Positions 24,501 to 55,005 of a stretch of DNA of 64,000 nucleotides are shown here, one piece after another. The DNA is from Owenia fusiformis (taxonomy: Eukaryota). Made by a program: the position numbers and the translations under genes. Location: the NCBI GenBank assembly GCA_903813345.2, contig CAIIXF020000001.1:20336001-20400000 (forward strand). Direction: 5' to 3'. The notes under the pieces are model-generated. The model saw only the letters and a list, made by a program, of their open reading frames with translations. It ran no database searches and had not been told where the DNA came from. The first letter of the stretch is position 1. Every line of letters begins with the position of its first letter.

Positions 24501-26260
24501 CCATCGACTACTTCCTATCTCTCTGTCTGCCCTTCTTAATCTTAATATCTATATATTCCTTTGTATATTCATCTATACTTGTTTCTTTCTATTCGTCTAT
24601 CCTTCTAAACATCTTTCCATCTACTACTTTCTGTCTCTCTGTCTGCCCTCCTTAATATCTATATATTCCTTTGTATATTTACCTACACTTGTTTCTATCT
24701 ATTCGTCTATCTTTCTAAACATCTTTCCATCTACTACTTTCTGTCTCTCTGTCTGTCCTTCTTAATATCTACATATTCCTTTGTATATTCACCTCTACTT
24801 GTTTCTATCTATTCGTCTATCCTTCTAAACATCTTTCCATCTACTACTTTCTGTCTCTCTGTCTGCCCTTCTTAATATCCATCTATTTCTTGATATATTC
24901 ACCTACACTTGTTTTTATCTATTCGTCTATCCTTCTGAACATCTTTCCATCTACTACTTTCTGTCTCTCCCTCTCTGACTTTAACACCCATCTATTTCTT
25001 TATATATTCACCTATACAGACATCTACATGTATATCTATCTATCCACTTATCTTTCTATTTATATGTTCAACTGTCATCTTTTCTTCAAACTTGTCTATC
25101 CTTCTAAACATATTTCCATCTTCTACTTTCTGTCTCTCTGTCTGTCCTTCATGATATCTATCTATTTATTTATCTATTCCCCTACACTTGTTTCTATCTG
25201 TTCGTCTATCCTTCTAAACATCTTTCCATCTACTACTTTCTGTCTCTCTGTCTGCCCTTCTTAATATCTATATATTCCTTTGTATATTTACCTACACTTG
25301 TTTCTATCTATTCGTCTATCTTTCTAAACATCTTTCCATCTTCTACTTTCCGTCTCTCTGTCTGTCCTTCTTAATATCCTTTATATATCCGTCTATCCTT
25401 GTTCCTATCCATTGGGCTATCCTGCTATACATATCTATTTTCTAGTCTCTTTATTCATTCAACTATCCTTCTTTCTGCATATCCTTCTATATATCTATTT
25501 ATCCACGAATCTCGTACAACTTTTATCTCCTTTTCGTCTATCTTTCTGTTCTTCAATACATATATCTAGCGTATATCTACGCTTCTTTAAGTTTACCTCC
25601 TTATCTATATTATTCAACTAGTCCCTTTCCTAACTATCTAACTTTCTCGATATCCTTAACGACACATGAAACACATCTAACCTCTCATATCTATCTTTAT
25701 TTCCGGCTTTACCTCTATCTACATTACAAAATATCCATGAACCCATCTTTCGATGTATTTAGCAATCCGCCATGTGTCTACTTAATAAATATTAATATTC
25801 CCTTACCCATCTCCCGATTTACATTTTCATTTTATCCTTGTCTCTATTCATCAGCATCTTGGATTTCCAAGGTATGATGTGATTGAAAATCAAATTGGGA
25901 AACGAGTATGATTTATCAGTCCACGTGGCTATCTATTCTTATATCGAAATATCTCTTTTCTATCCACCCCCTTTATCTGGCTATCCTTCTTTAAAAGCGT
26001 ATGCAATTATCTATCCATACACGTAGCCTATGTACACTATATCCATCTATCTGTCATTCTGTGAGTTATATGCATGCATCAATCCACTTCCTATCTTTCT
26101 AAACATGATCTAGTTATCATCCTTTCTGTCCTTCTGTCTATTCTTCTAAATACATATATAATATATCCACCAATCTATATATTTATATACTAAGCATTTT
26201 CTGTTCATTTGTCTGTCTTTCTATAGATATAATGTTCATCTCCCCATCCATCCAGTATAG
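21560..26260. repeat. Pyrimidine-rich satellite; 110-bp unit core (~22.3-25.4 kb) with degenerate CTAT/CTGT flanks
   Basis: AAACATCTTT recurs at 22561/22671 and 24607/24717/24827 (period 110); the + strand is very G-poor. Confidence 0.95.
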
Positions 26261-27962
26261 CTATAATATCATGACTAGTCTAGACGATCTACAATTCTAC
26301 ATACCTTTACATGCATAGTACTGTAATATCGCAATTCTATCGTCTGAACTCTGTTAATTTTAGCGACTCGACCTAACATTGCTATTAAGTTCATCCCATG
26401 TCTAGTTCTGTACGACTATCTTCCCAATTAAGACCTTTGGTCAAATACCTCGATGAAGTTGAATTTTTTCTTTGCCATTAGTTTCTTCTGTATTCTAACC
26501 CCATTGAAAGATTGCAACACTAGTATTTGCTGTAGTGTCTGATTTACTGAACGTCTCACAATTGTAGATGACAATTAACAGTTTCTAAAAATGCAAAGCA
26601 TAGCAATAATTATTTTGTAATCTAGTAACAATGGTGTGACATGAATGCATACCCAACAAAATAAAATGTAAACAAATAAATCAGTTGTTGTATTGGCTTT
26701 TTCAAGACGGGGGCAGCCTGGTAATGCGCAATATTCTTACCAATGCGAATGCAAGTAGAACTTATTATATGAAGTTTGATATCTATATAGAAACTAGGGG
26801 AACCTTTATTGGACATAAGCTAAATTTGAGTATCTGTGTGGTGAATGAGAATGCAACTCAGATGGATCATGCAATGAAACACCCTCTTAAGCAGGTGTCC
26901 TGAATCCGTACCTCCTTTGAAAGAAGATATTATATTCTAGATGTTGAAGCCCTGTGATGGGAGGATGGCAACAAAACTCCAAGGAAATCCCGTCGTGTCT
27001 CAACACCCAAAACTACTGCATACAAGGGTGATTATATCATTCCGGTTTTTCTAACAAGAATTGGAGTCAAATACTGCTTGAAAATGTCGCAACACTTGGG
27101 TAGCCCAGAACAGTTGAGTTTCCACACCGGTTCTTCCCAAAGTATTCTAGCGAAACCCAAGTATTCTGGGTTAACACGTTTTACCAAATACATTCGATAC
27201 GTTGATTTTCAATTTTCAATTTCAATTCAATGGCAGTTTTTGCCAGGCAACCTATGATCTAAAACAATAAATTTTTAAGGCTGGTTGGCCGTTCTTGTCC
27301 CATTGCCCTTCTCGTCACACTCGTTTACCAGTTTAATTTGATTTTCAATCAACTAGATGCCTTCTTGTCCCGCTTCTATATCAATGTCCAGGCCCTTAGA
27401 CAGGGCAAGGGGTTCGATTCTTTCAAGACCATGCAGTTTCTCACCATTTTGATTAAGTGATTTTAGGCCTTTATCAAACTTAACCCCTTCCCCCCCCCCC
27501 CCCCTTGGCAAAAGCTGGCTACGGGTCTGTAGTGTACAGCTCCAGCTCCATCTAGGGCGCAACATATGGGTTAACATCTCAAAAGACTTGGATTTTATTG
27601 TCGATACTTGAGCTAATTGCCATGTTTAAATCACAAAGCATCAAACGTTATGAAATCTAATTGTTTTCACTTGATAAAAAACACAATAACATTATCTCCC
27701 TAGTCGATTTATACGTCAGAGAAGAATGGTTCTCCAGCTGAAAACTCTGCACAGGAGAATGTCAATATGTGTTTAAAAGATAAATCAATGAATCAGATTT
27801 CAAACATCAATGAACTATCTCATTATTTGCAAGTATTGATCTGTGCCTATTGTTTCATCTTTATTGCAATTGTTTCAAGTCATGGATTAAAATTTCAGAA
27901 AGGTTAACTTTAAATTATGACCTAAGTAATTTTTGCTTATATGACAATCAGCACAAGTGCAG

Positions 27963-29426
27963 ATGATAGTGTCAAGCACTAGAAAGCGTGGAAGCAATTT
28001 ATTTACAGAAATGAGACAAATACTCATTATATTTGTATTGACAATTGCTTTTATTTCAGTTGCGTTTTTTAATGGTTTGGACCCTGCAATGACCGGAAAT
28101 CCCAGACGGTTTGAAGACAACGCACCAACTATTCTTGAAATGGAAATTATGCCGGAGAGTAAACATGAAACCCAGGAGGAGTTGAAAGAACATACTGAGC
28201 CAGCAACTGATACACGTAACACATATCAAGCGCCACAGAAGCAACAATCAGAAGACGATGAAGATGTCGGTATACCTCTAGATTTAGACACAGACATTGA
28301 ATCAGAAATATCAAATGGAGTGAACATTGGAACAACGAGCGATATTACATTTACCAAAGTAGAAACAAATGAAGATGTCAAATTGAATACAGAGGTGAAA
28401 ATCCATAAACCCCAAAACACAGAGTCGAAATATAATGATGATACAGATACCATTCATAATAATGAGAAAAAATGCACTCCTCGGAAGAACATTTGCTTTC
28501 TCAAAGTGCACAAGTGTGCTGGATCTACTGTTACAAACATTTTCCAACGATATGGTAAAGACCATAAACTACGATTTGTTCTACCAGGAAATGACGTCAA
28601 TCTAGGTTATCCAAAACGGTTTACTTACAACAAAGGTATAAATGAGTCATTCAATTTACTTGTTAACCATGCCGTTTTTCACGAAATTAATATGAGAGCA
28701 ATTCTTCCGAATGATACGATTTTTATTGGTATATGGAGAGATCCGTTGCAGCATTTGCTATCCGTTTATTCGTGGTTTAACTTGGAGAAAAGACATGGGT
28801 ATCCACCACTCGATGACTTTATACGCGATCCTGGTCGTTATAACATAACCACTGGCCATGACAGTTCTATGCATTCCCTCGCTAAAAATTTCATGACGTT
28901 TCATTATGGGTTTAATCCTATGGTTGAATACTCTAAAACAGAGCTAGTTAATATGACACAGTATTTGGACAAAACCTTCTCATTCTTTATAATTGTGGAG
29001 TTTATGAATGAGAGTTTATTACTGCTAAGACAATTGTTGTGTTGGACATACAAAGACATATTATATCTTAGTCATAAAGTAAATGGCAGCTTTAAGGAGA
29101 ATTCACATAAGACTTATTCCTCTAAAAATATTCTTGAACATTCCAAAACAGACGCTTACTTTTATCATCACTATAAGCAAGTACTTTTAGAAAAGATAAA
29201 TTCAAAAGGAGAGAGACTACAAAAGGAGTTGGTAGCGTACGAGGATGTCCTGTCACAAACCATAGATTTTTGTTCCTATAATGTTACGTTGAGTGAAACT
29301 ATTGTGCAATCTCCTCCTGTAATAGAGGCAATTTTGCTGACAAGAGATGATTGCCATTGGATGACACTGAAGCCAAAACAATTTGTACCAATTTTGAGAT
29401 CACTGCAAAGTCCATATACCGATTAG
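27963..29426 (+). CDS. Galactose-3-O-sulfotransferase family (GAL3ST / cerebroside sulfotransferase-like), type II Golgi membrane protein, single coding exon
   Basis: TM anchor ILIIFVLTIAFISVAFF, acidic stem, 5'-PSB motif FLKVHKCAGSTV, 3'-PB motif RDPLQHLLSVY and family motif ESLLLLRQLLCW. First ATG 27963 (alternative 28010). Confidence 0.93.
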   Translation: MIVSSTRKRGSNLFTEMRQILIIFVLTIAFISVAFFNGLDPAMTGNPRRFEDNAPTILEMEIMPESKHETQEELKEHTEPATDTRNTYQAPQKQQSEDDEDVGIPLDLDTDIESEISNGVNIGTTSDITFTKVETNEDVKLNTEVKIHKPQNTESKYNDDTDTIHNNEKKCTPRKNICFLKVHKCAGSTVTNIFQRYGKDHKLRFVLPGNDVNLGYPKRFTYNKGINESFNLLVNHAVFHEINMRAILPNDTIFIGIWRDPLQHLLSVYSWFNLEKRHGYPPLDDFIRDPGRYNITTGHDSSMHSLAKNFMTFHYGFNPMVEYSKTELVNMTQYLDKTFSFFIIVEFMNESLLLLRQLLCWTYKDILYLSHKVNGSFKENSHKTYSSKNILEHSKTDAYFYHHYKQVLLEKINSKGERLQKELVAYEDVLSQTIDFCSYNVTLSETIVQSPPVIEAILLTRDDCHWMTLKPKQFVPILRSLQSPYTD

Positions 29427-30068
29427 AAGTTGATCCATCTGATCGACAATAAATATTACACACCAAATCACCTCATGGTTACATCACTTTTGCATTATAT
29501 AGCATTAGTGAAGAATTAAAAAAAACTAGCAGACAAAACCTGTAATGAATGTGGACAATATTTTGAAGTCATGATGAACTAGGTGGACAAAGTCCATAAA
29601 AATGGAGGTCAAGAAAGGACGGTATATATTCTATTTCTTTTTAATGCCGACACTCTGTAAAAGGGGTTAATGGTATGCCAATAATAGCTTCTATGAAGCC
29701 CAAAAAAAGATTGAGTTACTTACTACATACCTGCATTATGAAATTCGAGATAAATTACACAGAATTAACATATAATTTTCAGTATTTTTTCGATTCTCTT
29801 TCGTTTCTGGCGTATAAGCCAAATAAATTACTTATAGGAATTATGTGATTGTTGAATTTATCAAGGAATTTAAGAGCAATTTGATAATATTTTCTATCTA
29901 CGGACACTGTTGTAATGGTTAACACCTTCGTCCATAAATCATATGCATCTCGAGCAGCTTTGTGGCAAATCCAGTGATTCTACAAATCTCACTTTGAGTC
30001 ATCTTGGTATTTCATATGACTGAAGAAATACACTTAAACTTTGATATTTTATGATCAAGAATAGGTAT

Positions 30069-30149
30069 AGCCTTGCCCAAGTCGGTCTCTTTAAATAATT
30101 CAAGATCAGATCAGATTAGTAAAAAAAATACCGCCTTGGGCAAGGTTAG
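30069..30149. mobile_element. Tiny (~80-90 bp) TIR element; second copy at ~41994-42082
   Basis: TAGCCTTGCCCAAGTCGGT...ACCGCCTTGGGCAAGGTTA; both copies share the internal ATTCAAGATCAGAT. Confidence 0.65.
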
Positions 30150-30231
30150 AATAGGTAATTTATACCCAAAATCTATTCATGATGCAAGCATCATTTATAA
30201 TTCATCAAACCTTTTGGTTTGTAACTATGGG

Positions 30232-30862
30232 TGTTATGCGGTAAACACGATACAAAAATATGTCATATTCCGCAACGAATATGACATATTCACTTGCGGT
30301 GTATGACAGATTCAACTGCGGTATATGGCATACACACTAACCAATGAGAACGTGATACGGAAGTACGCAATTGTCAATTGCATAGATTGAACGAACAAGT
30401 AAAACGTTATAAATTATTATAAGGATTACTAAATCAACAGTACTTTGTATCGAATATATTAACTTAGCAGAAGTATCAGTCACAAATCTCGCTTAATAAA
30501 CGTACTCAATCAATCCAGGATTCATATATTAGTACTCGACGCACTAACTATATTGGTTATCCAGCGTAGTTTTACATTTAGAGTCGATTCTCGCAACCAA
30601 TCAAATCAAGGCTTTCTGTATCACGTTTTCACCTGCGGTATATGCCATATTCACCTGCGGTATATGGCATATTCCGCAAGTGAGTATGACATATTCCGCA
30701 GGTGAGTATCGGGTATTCACTGAAATCAATGTATCGCATATTCACTGCGGAATATCGCATACTCACCTGCGGAATATGCCATATACCGCAGGTGAGTATG
30801 GCATATTCACGCGTATCACAAATACCGCGCAACCATGAATGTATGCCATATACCGCGTAACA
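30232..30862. mobile_element. Non-autonomous TGT...ACA element with 5-bp TSD (Ginger/TDD-like MITE), copy 1
   Basis: Termini TGTTATGCGGTA / TACCGCGTAACA; TSD ATGGG (30227-31, 30863-67); internal 22-bp repeats CACCTGCGGTATATGCCATATT in both orientations. Confidence 0.88.
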
Positions 30863-31477
30863 ATGGGGATCACAATTGCAACCATTTATTTGATTTATTT
30901 AGGACTTGCTCGAGGTTTTAAAAAGTAGAGTCCGGTAGAGAGCATCTTTCCCTAAAAAATGTTTTCACATTTCACTTATCTCCAATTATATCGCAGCAAT
31001 GTCGTATCATGATTCATGGAGCCGAATACTTCGATTGATGACTATAAGATGATAATAAAACGTTAATAACTTGATTCATTTTACATTCATTCATTACAAC
31101 GAGCCAACTGTCCATTCTGACTATGGCCATGGCGATGATTTATTGAGATAAAACCCATTGTATAATTCGTATCTCTATAAATGATCTCGAAAACAGTGCC
31201 AGCTTTAAATCATAACAAATGAGTTACAACAATGCTATAAAGGTCAAATATTTAGCCTCAACGATTAACATTTCTATTGTTATTTGATACAAGTTTAATT
31301 TATTGCAAAATGAAGTATAGTAGAAGAATTACTTTTATGCTTTTGGTTGCATATTTGAACAGGTTTTAACACGTGGTCCAATGAGAGGTAAGGGGTATGT
31401 GAGATTGCCAAACTTGTGGAAGGGGTGTAAACAGTCCATTCACATTCCGAGAAGTTGAAACTGATATGAAATAATGT

Positions 31478-32760
31478 TATTTTTTTTATTTTTTTTATAT
31501 ATTTATACAAAGAATACAGTAAACAAGTGCACATGTGCTTGTGGCTGGGCATCAGCATTATCAGCCACGTTATATGATGAAAATCAATTAACAGTATTCA
31601 ATCAATTATTAAAATAGGGGTTGTATTTGTGGAGGGTTACAGTGGTGGGGGTGACCTAGACATTTTTACATCGTTCAAAAAAGATGGCACTACATTTGAG
31701 GATATTTAAGTTTACAGCTTTAGGTAGCCTTTTATCGCCATTGAGGATAAGGGAGAGTTTGTCTCGTTGTGATCTATATTTAGTAGAATATTCTATGTTC
31801 ATATTTTTTAATTCATTTTCAAATTCTGTCCAAAATGTTGATCTTAGATTACAGTGAAAAATTACGTGATTGGTTGTTTCACCATCCATTCCACACTGGC
31901 AAATGGGGGAGTTTATATTAGTGAAATTGTGAACGTAAAGGTGAGCCTTAAAAATGAGATCACAGCGCACTCTATTGAAAATTATTTCTTGTTTTCTTGA
32001 AACTGAGAGTTCTGATGAATTTGTAACATCGTCATTGAATAGATCTATTTTAAGTCTGGATTTGAATATACTAAGGGTAGGTAAATTTCTTATTTCAGGT
32101 GAAAGCTTATTCCATTCAGTCAGTGTTTTTGATATGCAAGATCTATTAGAAAATGAGGATTTATTAGGAATTGTGTAGCTCAGTTGATTTCTTAGACCAT
32201 AAGCATGGTTTCTTTTGAGAGGCTCAAATATGTTAAGAACATAAGAGGGCTGCATATTATTATGTGCCCTATACATGAAAATGCTTCTGTGATATTGACG
32301 CCTCTTTGTTAATGTTGGCCAATTTAAATTATTCAACACTTTAATTGTCGAAGTCCCATGTAGAGTACCTGAACAAATGCAAGCGGCTTTATAGTAAAGT
32401 CGATCTAATAACTGTAATTTTGTTGTGTTTGTACACCCATATAAAATATCACCATAGTCAAAAAGTGGCAGGATAAAAGATTTAAAGATTGTTTCGAGAT
32501 GTTTTCCATTTATTTTCTGACAGAGCGCTTTCAGTGGATTTAAAAGTTTGTCTATTCTTGCACCAAGTTCAGTTATGTGAAGGTCAAAAGTGAGATTTCT
32601 GTCTAGGATTAAGCCTAAGTGCTTATGGCTGTTTACTCTTGGTATAATGTCGTTTCCGAGAGAAAGATCTATGGTCAAAATTTCACGTTTCTTTGGATTG
32701 GAAAAGGTCAAATCTTTGCTTTTAGAAGCTTTAAAATTTAATTTCCATACTTCAGAAATG
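31478..32760 (-). mobile_element. 5'-truncated L2/CR1-group LINE (3' part of ORF2, 3' UTR stem-loop, A-rich tail)
   Basis: ORF 31656-32783(-) with HKHLGLILDRNLTFDLHI, FKSFILPLFDYGDILY and CQCG...HVIFHC. Stem GTGGCTG (31541) ... CAGCCAC (31562-68); T-runs at ~31478-31497; no clear TSD. Confidence 0.88.
31656..32756 (-). CDS. C-terminal LINE ORF2 fragment (end of RT plus Cys/His region)
   Basis: WKLNFKASKSK matches the conserved W-x-L-x-F-N-x-x-K-S-K block after the YADD region. The listed GTG start lies in flanking sequence. Confidence 0.8.
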   Translation of the reverse strand, partial: SEVWKLNFKASKSKDLTFSNPKKREILTIDLSLGNDIIPRVNSHKHLGLILDRNLTFDLHITELGARIDKLLNPLKALCQKINGKHLETIFKSFILPLFDYGDILYGCTNTTKLQLLDRLYYKAACICSGTLHGTSTIKVLNNLNWPTLTKRRQYHRSIFMYRAHNNMQPSYVLNIFEPLKRNHAYGLRNQLSYTIPNKSSFSNRSCISKTLTEWNKLSPEIRNLPTLSIFKSRLKIDLFNDDVTNSSELSVSRKQEIIFNRVRCDLIFKAHLYVHNFTNINSPICQCGMDGETTNHVIFHCNLRSTFWTEFENELKNMNIEYSTKYRSQRDKLSLILNGDKRLPKAVNLNILKCSAIFFERCKNV

Positions 32761-33379
32761 TACGTGAAATGTACAGTAGTCACTGGCAGATCTGGGGGGG
32801 GGGGCTGAGGGCCCGGGCCCCCCTTGGGTGGGTCCAGAATACAAAAAGTGGACCTTTTTGGTCATTACTGGGCCTTTTGAAGAAAATGGGCCTCAAAATT
32901 TCAAAATTTGGTCCCACTCTTGGGTTTTAGGGCGGAAGTTTTTTTCTATTTGTGATGCCGCAAATAAAGTGGAGTTTGTGAAATAAAAATCACATATCGA
33001 GATTTTAGCGTCATTTTACCACGTGCTTTTAAACCTATTGTTATTGTCACGTGATTCCGCTGATCCAATAGCGTTACAGTAATCGAGTACTAAAACATCC
33101 GCGCGAGGTTTTATAAGTCGCGCCAAATCTTGTTTACAGTGTAAACCACTAGATCATGAAAACAAGAGGAGTGCGAGTAGATTTCCTGTCTTATTTTCAA
33201 AACAAAGCGGATCTTAGGCCCAGTAAAATTAAATTATTATCCTACTATGGTAGCCTTAAAATCTTTACAGGGCAGGGTGTAGAAAAGTCCAATGATGATA
33301 TCAAATCACTCTATCATAGGAAAACCCAAAAACATAAACCATCCGTAGAAGCGCTACGTGTACGAACAAGGAAATCAAT

Positions 33380-33590
33380 GACTGCACCATACGCTAGGAA
33401 GACGCGCAGATGGAAAAAAGAAAAGCCCAAGTATACACTGTGTAACTGAAATATAAATTATATTGTTTCCGAGAGCTATGGTGAATTGTAAAATTAATCA
33501 ATTCATACCTCTCTTATACACTATTTATCTTTCACTTAAGCATGGGCCATTTTTCATGATTTGCGCATCGTTCTAGCGTATGGGGCAGTC
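33380..33590. repeat. Imperfect inverted repeat (MITE remnant)
   Basis: GACTGCACCATACGCTAGGAAGACGCGCA pairs with TGCGCATCGTTCTAGCGTATGGGGCAGTC. Confidence 0.55.
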
Positions 33591-34241
33591 TTATGACTGG
33601 CCCAGTGCCCCATGTATGCTAGGAAGGCTAGAAAGCCATAGCTTTCATTATAAACTGGAAAATAAATAAATTTAAATTAATCAACTCCTCCAGTAGAGAA
33701 AATGAAAAGAACATCGTTGCAACTTACAGTGTTAAATAAGTTGTATTATGAATAAAGTACGTTATAATTAAACATGTTAAATGTGTGACGTTTTAGCTAT
33801 TTATTGTTGGAAAACGGCGTCGTATTTCAAAAACGACCTTACTTGTAACTTGTCAGGAAGAAAAGTTATTAAATGTGGTGTAAATAAAATATGTTAATAT
33901 AAACGTATTAGTCGTGTTCTTTCATTTCCAACCCTGAGCTAACGATTTAAAAGAATATTAAAGGCAAAAATTACATTTGTATAACGCCAATTTCGCCATT
34001 TTTGCACTTTTTTCAGATCGGTTACATGTAAAGTATAGGAATTTTTGCCAAAAAACTGTTTTTTCTGGGGGAAGAAAATATTTTCATAGTTGATCGTCAA
34101 TTTTTTGCACAGTTGACCTTTGTTAGTATCTTCACCATTTCTAACCCTGAGCTTATGGATCAATTAAACATTTATTTAATTATTTGATATTTAATTTTGT
34201 CCTATATGGACATCCCATTAGAATTCTGCAATGATGCATGC

Positions 34242-34277
34242 GTGACGTCACATTATGTTAATTAGCAAATGACGTCA
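34242..34277. promoter_or_regulatory. Two full CRE/ATF palindromes ~450 bp upstream of the cathepsin ATG
   Basis: GTGACGTCAC 34242-34251 and TGACGTCA 34270-34277. Confidence 0.4.
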
Positions 34278-34666
34278 AAATCTCGATATGAACTGATTTA
34301 CGCAACTTGAGTAACGGTGGCGCCTTCCGCGTAATAAGAAAGCTACTTTTTTGCGCTAAACATAACGGCAGTGCATTTGCGCAGGTGTGACTTTGAGATG
34401 ACAACATAATATCGATTTGCTTACGACTCCCAAACTATAGTATTTGCCGTTCCGAGTTGCCCCCACTAAGCTCAAAGAGGGGGAGAACGGGGCCCCCAGC
34501 AGAGCCAGTGGCTCTGTGAAGCACCTTGTAAGTAACTTAAGCATTACATTTTTGCAAAGGATTCAATTCTTCTCTTTACACTATGATTGTACACTGGAAT
34601 AATACTGGGGTCTCCATTGTCCAACTTGTTGGCGGTGTGTTGCATTATTCCACCGTGTATTCACGA

Positions 34667-34707
34667 TCATGTGACGATCATGTGAATTCATCACGTGATC
34701 ACATGAC
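34667..34707. promoter_or_regulatory. Cluster of four CLEAR/M-box (TFEB/MITF) sites
   Basis: TCATGTGAC 34667-75, TCATGTGA 34678-85, TCACGTGA 34691-98 and TCACATGAC 34699-707, all within 50 bp of the ATG of a lysosomal-type protease. Confidence 0.75.
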
Positions 34708-34716
34708 TAGGACAAC

Positions 34717-52196
<17,480 letters not shown>

Positions 52197-55005
52197 TAAC
52201 AATTGCAGTAACTGTGGTGTCACTCCTCAACTGCATTCCCATTGGTGGAATGAAGAACAAAATGCAAATTGCACTTTTTCGCACAAGAATTCTAAAGGGA
52301 TTGAATATGTTGATTTGTAGCTACCCAAGATGTATATTTTGGCAAAATGCTCCCTATTGGGTAATGGATGATGATCTGGAACTTTGCTGAACTTCATAAA
52401 TGTATTTGAAGTGATCTCAAGCTCCCTCTATAAATGCTCATATAAGTGTTCTAACAAGCCCAAAATATTTGGGATCCAAAAACTGCAATATTGTGTACAG
52501 TATAGTTTAGAATGTTAACTTAATTGTAAGATCATGGCTACACTTTAGTGTAATCATTGTAGTTCTTATTTTCATTACATGTTTTTATATGTTCATTTCT
52601 AATTTAAAAATTGCCATATTTTCAAACGTTCTGTAATGCTTTATGCATGAATAATATGACACTAGCCAAATTCTTCATCTTATGTATATATTCTACTACT
52701 TTAATGTTAATATTTCCATTTGATAATTTTCTATTGCACAATTGAATCTATGATATTTACATGCAAATGAACTTTGTATAAATTTTAAAATATACTGAAT
52801 GTTTAAGATGGAAAATAGTTATTTTTGTTTCTCATCTACAGGGTGTCCCAGACCTTATGAGAATTTTTTGAGGGAGGTTCATCCTGAAAGTTTAGTTTTA
52901 AGAACATCTTTTAGGATCAATGCTTTTTAGCTATTATGGATCATCTATTGTGTCATCCACTTGTCTGTATGGCTGGCCATTGTCTGTCACAGCACATCGG
53001 AATTTACCATGCAAATGAGGCTGTGACAGAAGATTTCAGGATAAAAATCAAAAAAGACCACCTTATATTTACCCGACATGCCAAAATATTTATCAGTACT
53101 ACTACTTGATTTTCAAAGAAGCAACCAAAATGAAATCTAGAATATTTCAAATCAATCCATCAAATGGTTTTAATTGTTCAAAATGCTTAGTAACATAATA
53201 TACGTACAGGGATCTAAATCCAAATTATGGCAACCTTAGATGTTAGATCCATTAATTTCTGAATATATGTTATATGACCCCCATATGAGCCAAGTACTCG
53301 CACTACTATTTAGTATTTATCATTTCTGATCAAACTACTTGTTTGCGTTTAATGAACTTTCAAAATATTTTGTCTTGCGTGAAAAAGATTTACGGTTCTT
53401 GCAAATGAAAACACATGATTCTTAGATTTCAATTCAGCTTGATAATAACAGACTCATGATCATTGTACTTTTATATACGGTATATATTTACATCTATTTA
53501 CATGAAAATTTAAATTCAAACATACAAGTACAAACTACAGGATGGCCAAAATCTATCAACAATCTGTCTGAAAATTGACATCAATCTAACTGATTATTTG
53601 TGAAGTAAACAATCATTTTGGGCCCATCACTAATTAACAAATCCTGAAAATACATGTACACTTAATTTGGCTACCGTTTTAATTTGACGGATAGGTGGAT
53701 TGAAAAAATCCTCCAATTTTCAATTCATGCCGTGCTTCTTCTTGGCCTCATTTACCCCAAATTTTATCAAAATGTCAACTCTACATTATTTCGAGAGAAC
53801 TCTGGACAATATCTTGGTAAATACATGTCGTAATGACACTAATATTAAATTTCAGTCCTGAATCAGCAAAATTAAATAGCCGCCACTATTTGAAATTGAG
53901 CAAATCTACCAAAGTAAGTAGCGTCAAATTAAGTGTATCTACAGTAGTCGTATGAATTATGATAAAAAGTGTGAACAATTTGGCAATGCTTGAGATATTC
54001 ATTTGAATGAAATATGACTACCGCATATGGAACATGTACAGAATGGCTCACTCATGGACCACAAATTTCCCTGTTAATTTAGATGCTGTATTTCATTCTG
54101 TGCAAAAAAACATAATAAAAAATACTGTGCTTTGACACACTATATTGGACGGATATATCATACAACATTAATTTTTGTAAGGTAAAAAGTAAATAATTAC
54201 AAATGGATGGAATGTACTCAACTGTGAGGTTTTGTTTTACTATAATGCTGGAATGTTCCTTCACAACCCAAATTAACCATTCATAATCTTATAAACAAAA
54301 TGTAATCTCATTTTGGTCAAATTAACAAATCAAAGAATACTGTAAGGCAAAGCACATAATTTTCAAAATATTGTAAAGGGCTGCAAAAAATGAAGTAATA
54401 AAAATAGCAGGCACTTAAAAGTAAGTTGCAACTCTTCAACCTAATTTTAGTGCATAAATAATATGTTACAAACTCAATTTGGAAAAGGTATCGTTCCTAA
54501 CACTGTCCATATAGTAAGTTTCAACACTGTTGAATGTAACGAAGACATAGTTGACCTCGTTGGTCAGTCTACTTATTTCACTTCACATCAGTTGATGTCA
54601 TAATAATCTTATTCAGTTACTCATGTCTATAATTATTACGTTTTTTGTATCATAATAGTTGTTTTAGTGATCTTTGAACTCAGTGTGATATTTCACAATA
54701 TCAGCAGTTTAATTTCCTATTTTTATTGTCATATTATAGCAGTTTTTAGGCATGAAATATTTCTAGAGCCAATCAAATGAAAGGATTATTCTTGAGATAT
54801 GAGTGACAGACAATGATATATGAAGTCAACTGATGTGAAATTTTGTAATGTTTAGTTGTTTATAAGTTTCGATAATTTTTGGCATCATCTGATGATAATC
54901 TCTGAGGGTGAAATTAAATTGATATTTTGGACACTGATAATACAAAATGCAACATGAGGATGGGGTTTATATTCTAATCATTATGAAAAGTTTTAATTGA
55001 AAATA

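Noticed and set aside
21572-25621. Many hydrophobic F/L/S/I/Y-rich ORFs
   Set aside because: They are translations of the pyrimidine-rich satellite.
26950-27180. Decayed Tc1 transposase N-terminus (KSRRVSTPKTTAYKGDYII)
   Set aside because: Only faint resemblance to the GRPR-x-TT motif; no DDE region or TIRs found.
28056-28565. Antisense ORFs overlapping the sulfotransferase
   Set aside because: Shadow frames of the real CDS with no independent support.
30629-30832. 22-bp repeats as a CRISPR array, and the 67-aa ORFs here and at 45401-45604 as genes
   Set aside because: Repeats are contiguous, occur in both orientations and have no unique spacers or cas genes; they are MITE subterminal repeats.
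33156-33449. 97-aa basic ORF with ATG start
   Set aside because: It overlaps an inverted-repeat remnant and has no recognisable domain or splice context.
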